Source of the DNA: a virus
Lineage: Duplodnaviria; Caudoviricetes
Strand: one strand, 5' to 3'
IMG/VR virus record: IMGVR_UViG_3300022602_000027
Length of the DNA stretch: 64,000 nt
Part shown: piece after piece, positions 7,317 to 14,786 of the stretch
How the letters are laid out: each line of letters opens with the position of its first letter
Position numbering within the stretch: position 1 is the first letter of the stretch
Position numbers and translations under genes: made by a program
The notes under the pieces: generated by a model
What the model saw: only the letters and a program-made list of their open reading frames with translations
Told to the model about the DNA's origin: nothing
Databases searched by the model: none

Positions 7317-7339
7317 TATCCCTACACTCTGTAGGGGTA
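7317..7339 (+). repeat. Promoter-associated stem-loop (copy 3)
   Basis: TATCCCTAC-ACTCT-GTAGGGGTA upstream of the -35 at 7351. Confidence 0.8.
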
Positions 7340-7410
7340 TTATACAGGGGTTGACAAATGGGCCCAATCCCTGTATAATACGAAGTATAGTAACTAACAA
7401 GGAGCGAACC

Positions 7411-7743
7411 GTGGGATACTTTACAGATTGTGATTTTGATTCAACCCTGGACATGATTGATTGTGTTAATGAGGTTGTGGAGCGTCATGTACGCAAGATG
7501 GAACGATGCACACCAAACGAACTGGGCTTGGACATGCGCTGTGGCCCTGTCTACATCGACCGCGATGAAGAAGTGATTGCTGTAAGCCACTCTAGTGCCA
7601 TTGACTACTATGGCGGCTTTGAGTATATCAAAGAGGATGAGGGTCGGAAGACTTGTGGGGATTATACATTCTTTACAACCGAGTCCAGCCGTGTACAAGA
7701 CTGCTTTGATCATTTGAACGAAGTTGACAACGAGGAAGAATAA
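7411..7743 (+). CDS. Acidic hypothetical protein
   Basis: Promoter 7351, RBS 7401, GTG start at 7411. Confidence 0.75.
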   Translation: MGYFTDCDFDSTLDMIDCVNEVVERHVRKMERCTPNELGLDMRCGPVYIDRDEEVIAVSHSSAIDYYGGFEYIKEDEGRKTCGDYTFFTTESSRVQDCFDHLNEVDNEEE

Positions 7744-8237
7744 TGAAGCGAGCCTTAGTCCTAGCCTTGTTCCTAGCCAACGGTGCCTGGGCTAAGGCTC
7801 CTGTAACCATCACCGGCCCTCAGATTATGGTAGGCGCCAAGTTACCTAACCAGACCAAGAAGGATGAGGATTGCCTAGCCTATTCTATCTTCCGTGAAGC
7901 CGGCAACCTAAACGAAGCAGGGCAGTATGCCGTGGCGCAGGTACACATCAACCGCGCCCGTGAAGGTAGCTGGGGCCCGCACCTATGCCAAGTGGTGCAT
8001 GCCAAGGCTCAGTTCAGCTGGACCAAAGAACGATATGTGGCTTGGACTAAGGATCAAGCCAAGCGGTATCATGCCATCGCCCACGCGGTGATATCAGGTG
8101 TTGTAGGTGTGCCACAGATTGCATCAACCGAGATCCTGCACTATCACGCCAACTATGTGCATCCAAAGTGGGCGGATTACGGGCAAAAGGTTGCGGTTGC
8201 AGGGCCACACATCTTCTACAAGGATGTGCCCTATTAA
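7743..8237 (+). CDS. SleB-like cell wall hydrolase (Hydrolase_2)
   Basis: Signal peptide; CLAYSIFREA..., AVAQVHINR, QFSW, LHYHANYVHPKWA and HIFY motifs. Confidence 0.85.
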   Translation: MKRALVLALFLANGAWAKAPVTITGPQIMVGAKLPNQTKKDEDCLAYSIFREAGNLNEAGQYAVAQVHINRAREGSWGPHLCQVVHAKAQFSWTKERYVAWTKDQAKRYHAIAHAVISGVVGVPQIASTEILHYHANYVHPKWADYGQKVAVAGPHIFYKDVPY

Positions 8238-8301
8238 CCCTATTGGTTGACGGGTTATCGGTTTGGTGCTATAATTAAAACATATTAACAAGGAGCGAAC
8301 G

Positions 8302-8532
8302 ATGTTACATTTTGCCAAAGAACACTACGTAGAAGTTTTATGTATGCTGGGCGGGTTTGCTTGGGGCTGGATATTCCACTCTATCCTCAACGGCATCTTT
8401 GCTCCTATTATGCGCCTGTTCCAAACAGCCAAGGTCAAGGTAGAACGGGTGCCAGTTCCTGTTCGCGTAGAGCCTACCCTGGAGCAGGACAGCAAGTTGG
8501 TTGACATGTTCAAGCGCCGCAAAGCTGGTTGA
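8302..8532 (+). CDS. Small membrane protein
   Basis: Promoter 8247, RBS 8292, N-terminal TM segment. Confidence 0.7.
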   Translation: MLHFAKEHYVEVLCMLGGFAWGWIFHSILNGIFAPIMRLFQTAKVKVERVPVPVRVEPTLEQDSKLVDMFKRRKAG

Positions 8533-8587
8533 CATCCTGCCCAAAAGGCTGTATAATATACATATACTGAAAACTTAGGAGCGAACT

Positions 8588-8833
8588 ATGTTACAAGAAG
8601 ATCAATACTGCCGTATAGTATTTGAAGGCAAAGAATACGACTCACGCCACGGTGGCCCATTCGATCGTGGCTCAGCAGACTCGTGGTACGGTCGAGGCAA
8701 GGACCCGCATTTCTATCAGGAAGGTACAGGTACTAGCCAGCGAGTTGAGCGCCTTAATGCCCAAGAGTTGGAAGCCTATTATGCGGGCTATGCCTACAAT
8801 GAGATGCATGGCGGTAAAAAGAGCTGGGATTAA
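8588..8833 (+). CDS. Conserved phage hypothetical protein (RHGGPFDRGSADSWY)
   Basis: Promoter 8529, RBS 8578. Confidence 0.78.
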   Translation: MLQEDQYCRIVFEGKEYDSRHGGPFDRGSADSWYGRGKDPHFYQEGTGTSQRVERLNAQELEAYYAGYAYNEMHGGKKSWD

Positions 8834-8896
8834 ATGGTTGACAAAAGGCCCAAAAGGCCGTATAATAGAGTTATAGTTAATTAATAGGAGCGAACT

Positions 8897-9091
8897 ATGA
8901 AATTCAACAGAACTAAGCAGGTCAAAGAAGCAGCCAAATTCCTCAGCGAAATGATCGGTGTAGACATCAAGGACTTTGACGCAGAGTACATCGAAACCTT
9001 GGCCATGGACTGCCAGTGCAACTATGAAGGCATCTGCGAAATCCTAGGCTTAGAATTGCCTGAAAGCCTTAGGCCTGTAATGGTTGACTAA
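8897..9091 (+). CDS. Hypothetical protein
   Basis: Promoter 8838, RBS 8887; ends VMVD in the next -35. Confidence 0.75.
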   Translation: MKFNRTKQVKEAAKFLSEMIGVDIKDFDAEYIETLAMDCQCNYEGICEILGLELPESLRPVMVD

Positions 9092-9145
9092 CCAGCCAAA
9101 AGGCCGTATAATACTTGTATTAGTTAATTAATTGGAGCGAACCAA

Positions 9146-9502
9146 ATGAAATTACACATCACTACCCAGTACATGGAAAACTACGGTGCCCACGATTGGG
9201 ACGGAGAAGGTGCTTGCCCCCAGCGTTGGAAGTTTAAGGGCGGTGAGGACTACTTCTATCAACTAGGTGCAGAAACACCCTCCGATGAGCACCTTGCTGA
9301 GTTGGTTCAAGCACTCCGCCCACGCTTTGAATACTCCGATGACTATGCCAGCAACACCTTAGTTGGCTACGGTGTGGTGGCAGACGACTACAGGACCGAG
9401 TTTGAGCAGAGCCAGTTGGACTATGAGGGAAGCATTGCTCACCCTGCTGTGATGTTGCAACCCTTGCCCGATGTTGTTGATTCTTACTACTATGGAGCTT
9501 GA
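9146..9502 (+). CDS. Conserved phage hypothetical protein (TQYMENYGAHDWDG)
   Basis: Promoter 9084, RBS 9134. Confidence 0.78.
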   Translation: MKLHITTQYMENYGAHDWDGEGACPQRWKFKGGEDYFYQLGAETPSDEHLAELVQALRPRFEYSDDYASNTLVGYGVVADDYRTEFEQSQLDYEGSIAHPAVMLQPLPDVVDSYYYGA

Positions 9503-9503
9503 T

Positions 9504-9686
9504 ATGAGAAGTAAACTTAACCAATTCTGCGATGTGATTGTAACCATTACCGGATTCTTGCTCATCTACGGTGTAGTAGGCGCCCTAGATGAAAGCCCTG
9601 ACGAAAACCTAGTGACTTTGTTTGCTATGGGACTCTGTGGCTTAATTCTTACATTTGCCGGTATTAATGGCTTGACAAGACGTTGA
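9504..9686 (+). CDS. Two-TM small membrane protein
   Basis: Start re-assigned to ATG 9504 after GGAG; two hydrophobic segments. Confidence 0.65.
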   Translation: MRSKLNQFCDVIVTITGFLLIYGVVGALDESPDENLVTLFAMGLCGLILTFAGINGLTRR

Positions 9687-9729
9687 ATTGAGACTATAAT
9701 AAGACTTTAAACACACACAGGAGCGAACT

Positions 9730-10017
9730 ATGTCAGTCAAACAAATCAATACCTTAATCTTCCAAACAGACTTAACCAACGATGAGCTCTCCAGCATCAT
9801 CGACGCTGTCAAGTTCAAGCGAAGCCAATTGGCACAGCGAGTCAAGTTTTCAATCCGCAAGGGCGATAACGTAGAATTCACATCCAGCAAGACAGGGCGC
9901 ATCACCCGCGGTTTTGTGGAAAAGGTTGCTATCAAATATGTCACAGTCAACACCGGAATGGGCTTGTGGCGTGTGCCGGCCAATATGCTCACAGTGGTTG
10001 ACAAAGAAGCAGTTTGA
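9730..10017 (+). CDS. Hypothetical protein, possible SH3/KOW-like C-terminus
   Basis: Promoter 9672, RBS 9720; GDNVEF..GFVEKVAIKYVTV..WRVPANML. Confidence 0.72.
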   Translation: MSVKQINTLIFQTDLTNDELSSIIDAVKFKRSQLAQRVKFSIRKGDNVEFTSSKTGRITRGFVEKVAIKYVTVNTGMGLWRVPANMLTVVDKEAV

Positions 10018-10412
10018 GCTTATAATAGTATTTTAAACAGTTAACAAAGGAGCGACACTATGTTAAAAGAATTAGATACTAAAGAAGCAGGCATCTTTGC
10101 ATTCGCGGCGGCTATGGATGCTCAGCGCCGTAATTCAAACAATAAGAGCCTTTACTCCCAAGAGCAGGTTCGCAGGGCAGTTACAGCAAGAGACTTGATT
10201 GATACAGCCTTTGCCTACACTAAACTCTACATCAACTATCGCAAGACATTCATTGCCGTTAAGGCAGAAGGTGCTCGCCGTAAAGATAGCATGGCACGAG
10301 AAGTCCTAGCCCTGTTTGAAAGCAATGGGTATGGTGTTGTATCTACGCCACAAGGGCTTATTGTTCGAATTGACAAAGAAGCAGTTTGAGACTATAATAG
10401 TATTTTAAACAG
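9998..10412 (+). repeat. 43-bp direct repeat (9998-10040 / 10370-10412) flanking one gene
   Basis: TTGACAAAGAAGCAGTTTGAG(CT/AC)TATAATAGTATTTTAAACAG; 41/43 identical. Confidence 0.9.
10060..10389 (+). CDS. Hypothetical protein
   Basis: Promoter 9998, RBS 10049. Confidence 0.75.
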   Translation: MLKELDTKEAGIFAFAAAMDAQRRNSNNKSLYSQEQVRRAVTARDLIDTAFAYTKLYINYRKTFIAVKAEGARRKDSMAREVLALFESNGYGVVSTPQGLIVRIDKEAV

Positions 10413-10429
10413 CAAATAGGAGCGACACT

Positions 10430-10774
10430 ATGCAAGGTTTTTCAAAAGAGCAGATCATTTCTACAGTACAAGGCGCAACAGAGCAGGCTGTTGAAGCGGC
10501 CAAGGCCATGTACGCTAGAGTAGGCGAGCGTGACGCATGTGGGTTTGGATGGGTTGACATCTACGTAGAGCGCACCAACTCTAAAGAAGCCAAGGCGCTG
10601 ATCGAAGCAGGATTTCGTAAGAGCTACAAACCAAAATGCCTTACACTTTGGGATCCAGCTGGTTTGCCTACACAGAGCATTTCAGTTAAGGAAGCAGGCG
10701 CACGGGCGTTCGCTGATTACTTCCGTAACATGTTCCCAGAGGCTAAGATCTACGCATCCAGCAGAATGGACTAA
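10430..10774 (+). CDS. Conserved phage hypothetical protein (ACGFGWV...QSISVKEAGA)
   Basis: Promoter 10370, RBS 10419. Confidence 0.78.
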   Translation: MQGFSKEQIISTVQGATEQAVEAAKAMYARVGERDACGFGWVDIYVERTNSKEAKALIEAGFRKSYKPKCLTLWDPAGLPTQSISVKEAGARAFADYFRNMFPEAKIYASSRMD

Positions 10775-10782
10775 GTCAAAAG

Positions 10783-10802
10783 ACTAGGGGGCAACCCCTA
10801 GT
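10783..10802 (+). terminator. GCAA-tetraloop hairpin
   Basis: ACTAGGGG-GCAA-CCCCTAGT; weak U tract. Confidence 0.5.
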
Positions 10803-10838
10803 TGTGTTATAATTACATTTTAACAATAAGGAGCGCGA

Positions 10839-11729
10839 ATGACTAAGGTTGTAACCAGTGCAATGCTAATGAATGCACAAGCAGAAGTAACCAGTTTAGA
10901 AACTGACAAAGACTACCTAAAGGCTAAGGCTGTAGCATTGGCCGCAGAGTCAGATGAAGACATTATGAAACGTTTGGGCGAGCGTTTTGAGATCTTAGAA
11001 GACATGACTCGTGCTGTCAAAGCAGGCGATGTTAGAGCTATGATTGTAACAGGACCCCCAGGTGTAGGTAAGAGCTACGGTGTGGAGCGAGTACTGTCAA
11101 AGCATGATGTGTTCGCTGATATTGCCGACGACAAGAAGCTGAAGAAGTACGAAGTAGTCAAAGGTGCTATGAGTGCTATCGGCTTGTATAAGAAGCTGTA
11201 TGAGTATTCGGACAAGAAGTCTATCCTAGTGTTCGATGACTGTGACTCAGTACTGTTAGATGACTTGAGCTTGAACATTCTAAAGGCTGCCTTAGACTCG
11301 GGTAAGAAGCGTATGATCCATTGGAATACAGATGCTCGTAGCCTTAAGGATAACGGTGTGCCCAACTCATTCGAGTTCAAAGGCGGTGCTATCTTTATCT
11401 CAAACATCAAGTTCGATCACGTTAAGAGCAAGAAGCTTCGCGATCACTTAGAAGCACTAGAGTCACGTTGCCACTACTTGGACTTGACTATTGATACTGT
11501 ACGTGAGAAGCTACTACGTATCAAGCAGGTAGTTACTGAGCACGGCATGTTGGACTCATACGACCTAGCGGATAACGAGAAGCTAGAAGTAGTAGAGTTT
11601 ATCAATGCCAATGCGGAACGTATGCGTGAGCTCAGCTTGCGTATGGTGCTTAAGGTAGCAGACATCCGTAAGAGCATGCCAGCTAAGTGGCAGAGCGTAG
11701 TAGAAGTTACATGTATGCGCGGCCGCTAG
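10839..11729 (+). CDS. AAA+ family P-loop ATPase
   Basis: Walker A GPPGVGKS, Walker B ILVFDDCD, LESRC arginine-finger-like motif. Confidence 0.85.
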   Translation: MTKVVTSAMLMNAQAEVTSLETDKDYLKAKAVALAAESDEDIMKRLGERFEILEDMTRAVKAGDVRAMIVTGPPGVGKSYGVERVLSKHDVFADIADDKKLKKYEVVKGAMSAIGLYKKLYEYSDKKSILVFDDCDSVLLDDLSLNILKAALDSGKKRMIHWNTDARSLKDNGVPNSFEFKGGAIFISNIKFDHVKSKKLRDHLEALESRCHYLDLTIDTVREKLLRIKQVVTEHGMLDSYDLADNEKLEVVEFINANAERMRELSLRMVLKVADIRKSMPAKWQSVVEVTCMRGR

Positions 11730-11788
11730 GGCTAGCGTACTGTAGGGCTAGGGCACGACATTAACTATTATAATATGCCCTAGCAGGA

Positions 11789-11886
11789 GAACAACTGACG
11801 TGATTCGCTCCCACTAGGTTGTTCGGTAGTTTGATCCTAGGAACCGTAAATCCGATTCGCTCCCGGTTGTTCCTAGGATTTTTTTT
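11789..11886 (+). ncRNA. Candidate antisense sRNA with two AUUCGCUCC loops complementary to the early RBS
   Basis: Hairpin 1 (11789-11824) and hairpin 2 (11834-11879, 11-bp basal stem) each expose ATTCGCTCC; T-tract 11879-11886; TATAAT at 11769. Confidence 0.75.
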
Positions 11887-12109
11887 GGTTGAGAGGCGGT
11901 GAGAAATCTTTTCTCGAGAGGTGGGGCCGGGGCATAGTCAACAACACAACACACAATACAGCAACAGCGCATGGGTACCGAGGTCAAATCACCACCTCAA
12001 AAGTTTAAGTACTTCTTTTATATTTTTTGCGCGGCAATTTTTTTCAACCCACAGGACCCATTTCGGGCAAAGTCCCGCTAAATATATTACTAACTTATAG
12101 GAGCGCATT

Positions 12110-12289
12110 ATGGCAGCTAAACCATATCTACACACTACAGAAATCGATTTCTTGAAAAACATCTACAAAACCATTGTAGTTGATCCTACAGCTACAGGCA
12201 CTATTGTTCGCCGTGTTGCGCATGGTATTAATGTTGACGGAATCGAAGGACCAAACGGTTTATTCACTGTAGTCAAAGTCGGACGTTAA
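12110..12289 (+). CDS. 59-aa hypothetical protein
   Basis: Below track cutoff; CTAAATA late-type element upstream, GGAGCG RBS at 12100, terminator downstream. Confidence 0.65.
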   Translation: MAAKPYLHTTEIDFLKNIYKTIVVDPTATGTIVRRVAHGINVDGIEGPNGLFTVVKVGR

Positions 12290-12307
12290 TTTAATCGTAG
12301 CCCACTC

Positions 12308-12330
12308 AAAAGGACTCTAGCAGTCCTTTT
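12308..12330. terminator. Intrinsic terminator, possibly bidirectional
   Basis: AAAAGGACT-CTAGC-AGTCCTTTT. Confidence 0.7.
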
Positions 12331-12348
12331 CTTACGATAACTATTACT

Positions 12349-12465
12349 ATGATATATGATAACTTATTTTGGTTTGTGCTTACATGTGTGCTTACACCCA
12401 TATCCAGCTTAGTGTGCTGTTGGCTTGGTGTTATACTACAGGATTTTCTCGGGCTAGAACGCTAA
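12349..12465 (+). CDS. Possible 38-aa single-TM peptide
   Basis: MIYDNLFWFVLTCVLTPISSLVCCWLGVILQDFLGLER; no clear RBS. Confidence 0.3.
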   Translation: MIYDNLFWFVLTCVLTPISSLVCCWLGVILQDFLGLER

Positions 12466-12533
12466 GTACTCCGCAAAATTTTTTTGCGCTCTAAAAATTT
12501 GACTACTGTAGACCCATTCAGCTATAATAGTGT

Positions 12534-12746
12534 ATGGATACTTCTTTACTCATTACCAAGCTGTTAGCCGCTATATTATCACTGCTAGACTCTGCCAACT
12601 TGCGTAATCGTGTATATGAACAGTCAGCTCGTATAGAGTCTTTAGAGCTAGCCATAGAGGACATAGAGCGTATTAGTGCTTCAACCGCATCAGAGTCAGA
12701 GCGATTAGACTTAATTAAAGGTATTTGTAGTCGTATTACTCAGTAA
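12534..12746 (+). CDS. Coiled-coil hypothetical protein
   Basis: Hydrophobic N-terminus followed by heptad-like helix. Confidence 0.5.
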   Translation: MDTSLLITKLLAAILSLLDSANLRNRVYEQSARIESLELAIEDIERISASTASESERLDLIKGICSRITQ

Positions 12747-13179
12747 CGGGCTTTGGTATACTAGTAGCGTATTCACCATTGGGAAACGGTTCGAAATCAC
12801 TGCCCGATTCAGGACTTGGATCTTTAGCTTGCGGGCTATTGCCATACTTAACGATCATATCCCATTCTGCATCAGATATCTTATATGCTTGTCTAATAGC
12901 TAGGCTAGTCAGCGGGAATTGTTCAGCTACTTTGAGCAATTCAGCACAGCGTTGACTATATGTTAGTGACGCAGGATCTTGATACATCATTTGTCCAGGA
13001 TTGCGTATAGTCCTGACAACCATAGCCAGCACATCACCGGGAATCATCAGCAGGCCTGCTAGACGTTGCACGAGGCCGGGTGGTTTTCCTTGGCTAGCCG
13101 CATCCTTCTTGAACGCTTGCCATATGTTGGCATAGTCCTTAAGGGTGGGGTTTTCTGTGATGAATTCTTTTGCTCGCAT
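12736..13179 (-). CDS. Putative internal head protein
   Basis: MRAKEFITE N-terminus resembles the T4 capsid-targeting sequence; CTAAATA late promoter upstream. Confidence 0.6.
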   Translation of the reverse strand: MRAKEFITENPTLKDYANIWQAFKKDAASQGKPPGLVQRLAGLLMIPGDVLAMVVRTIRNPGQMMYQDPASLTYSQRCAELLKVAEQFPLTSLAIRQAYKISDAEWDMIVKYGNSPQAKDPSPESGSDFEPFPNGEYATSIPKPVTE

Positions 13180-13272
13180 TGTATATTTAGTGTTGGGCTA
13201 CTGGCATCAGAACGCTAGTTTGCGTTTTCCGCTGGGCTTCGCCTAGTAAAATTTTGCTTGCCGCTTCGCGAG

Positions 13273-14334
13273 TTAAATTTTTGCGCTGTCCGCCTGCGGA
13301 GTTGCTGGATCTGGCTCGGCAGATTTAGTGTCAGCTACGTGTCCATTTAGGGGGCTTAGTGCTTCAACACCCGGGGCTGTTTGCAGTGAGTTCATTAGTG
13401 CGTCTAACTGCTCTTGTCCGCCTGCTTGCCATGTTTTCATTGGGCCTGTAAATGTGCCCTGTACTTGACACAGGCCCTTTTTGCCCTGATACTTATAGGC
13501 AAAGTCCGCATTGATTTCAAACAAACCAATGTCTTTGCTGAGTACGCCCGATGATAGCTTGTAACTGTACACTACTGCACCGCCTAGGCTTGTTTTAGTA
13601 GTGCCTATGCTGGATCCTTGCAGTTTGAATCCCAGCTTTTTAAAGTAGTCAACTTCTTCTTTGCCGCCACCTGTAGTCAATGCGCCCTTGCTAAACTCAG
13701 CCAAGTCTACCCAAATACCTAGGTTACCTTGATCGTCTGCTGTGGTAGGATCTGCTTCATCTTTAAACGCTAGGGCTATAAATGCGCCGTTGTACTCCCA
13801 GCATTGTGCAACTTTAACTGTGTCCAAACGGTTTAGTAACTTGGCAAAATCACCGTTGGGGCTGGCCACTGATAAACTTAACTGTCCTACTAGAGGTTTA
13901 ACGCCGGGCATGGGTGTGTAGTCTTGTTTGGTATTGCCTATGTTGTCTGTGTGCTTGCCATTGACGGTTTTGTACGCTGAGCCACCACCTGTAGGTCCAC
14001 CACCTCCCGCAGAACCAGCACTTACATAAGCACCTTCTGGAGCTCCTACTGCTGTGCTCTTTGTTGCAGGATCTAGCCAATCACCAATCTTATCACCGGC
14101 ATACGCACCTAGCGCACCCCCGGCTACAGCACCTAATCCGCCACCTAGGGCACCGCCTGCTACTGCTCCTAGAGCACCTCCAGCTAGTGCGCCCACAGTG
14201 CCTTCGCTGACCCATTCTGAGGTAGTTTGTTGAGTCTTGTGCAGTGTGTTAACTGTGGGTATGTAGACTTTTTGATCGCCTTTTTCCAAGTGCGCCATTT
14301 CATCCATTAGTTGTCTTAGTGATTTGCCAGCCAT
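13273..14334 (-). CDS. Glycine-zipper-containing virion protein
   Basis: GALAGGALGAVAGGALGGGLGAVAGG stretch; late promoter ATAAATA upstream. Confidence 0.65.
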   Translation of the reverse strand: MAGKSLRQLMDEMAHLEKGDQKVYIPTVNTLHKTQQTTSEWVSEGTVGALAGGALGAVAGGALGGGLGAVAGGALGAYAGDKIGDWLDPATKSTAVGAPEGAYVSAGSAGGGGPTGGGSAYKTVNGKHTDNIGNTKQDYTPMPGVKPLVGQLSLSVASPNGDFAKLLNRLDTVKVAQCWEYNGAFIALAFKDEADPTTADDQGNLGIWVDLAEFSKGALTTGGGKEEVDYFKKLGFKLQGSSIGTTKTSLGGAVVYSYKLSSGVLSKDIGLFEINADFAYKYQGKKGLCQVQGTFTGPMKTWQAGGQEQLDALMNSLQTAPGVEALSPLNGHVADTKSAEPDPATPQADSAKI

Positions 14335-14411
14335 TGTAATTCCCGTTTAATTCATTTATTTATTATAATATACTGGGTGAATTAAGATAAATACTCTAAA
14401 CGGGATATCTT

Positions 14412-14786
14412 ATGAACGCAGAACAATATCGTGCTCTAGTGCGCAAACTAGAAGCTATTAATGAAGATCCAGCGGGAACACCCCCTGCACCACCGGGACA
14501 ACAAATGGATCCATCAATGCCATTTTACCCATCAATGCCTGCGGCTCAACCAGCGGCGCCTATTAGTCCAGATAAAGTATGGGCACAGTTAAAATTTGAA
14601 GATAAAGCTATGATTATGAAGATTCTTCAAGAGCCTAATAATCAACTGCCTAACAGTCCTGCGGCCAATGCTCTAATTGCACAGGCTAATACAATGGGAT
14701 ATCCTGCTAGTTCAGCAACACACATGTCAGCAGGCGCTGGATCAGTTCGTGGTAGAGGAAATCAAGGACAAGGAGGTCCAGTATGA
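14412..14786 (+). CDS. Pro/Ala-rich putative internal head protein
   Basis: MNAEQYRALVRKLEAINE leader shared with the next gene. Confidence 0.65.
   Translation: MNAEQYRALVRKLEAINEDPAGTPPAPPGQQMDPSMPFYPSMPAAQPAAPISPDKVWAQLKFEDKAMIMKILQEPNNQLPNSPAANALIAQANTMGYPASSATHMSAGAGSVRGRGNQGQGGPV

Larger units (their letters stand above)
90..10813 (+). promoter_or_regulatory. Array of sigma70-type early promoters (GG)TTGAC-N17-TATAAT
   Basis: -35/-10 pairs with 17-nt spacing; -35 starts at 90, 1054, 1383, 1538, 2028, 2322, 2710, 3884, 5378, 6142, 6499, 7351, 8247, 8529, 8838, 9084, 9672, 9998, 10370; extended -10 (TGT-TATAAT) at 10808. Confidence 0.92.
141..12105 (+). promoter_or_regulatory. Shared extended ribosome-binding motif GGAGCG(AA) in front of early genes
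   Basis: GGAGCG 9-12 nt before starts at 141, 1103, 2074, 2760, 3312, 3933, 4412, 6191, 6946, 7401, 8292, 8578, 8887, 9134, 9720, 10049, 10419, 10830, 12100 (12 of 19 are GGAGCGAA). Confidence 0.9.

Noticed and set aside
6159-7410. Longer upstream starts in the ORF track (6159, 6507, 7351)
   Set aside because: These starts lie within promoter elements; RBS-supported starts are 6201, 6552 and 7411.
11789-11886. CsrB/RsmZ-like GGA-loop decoy on the - strand
   Set aside because: The U tract and -10 box favour + strand transcription, and the motif is GGAGCG rather than the Csr consensus. Kept only as an alternative.
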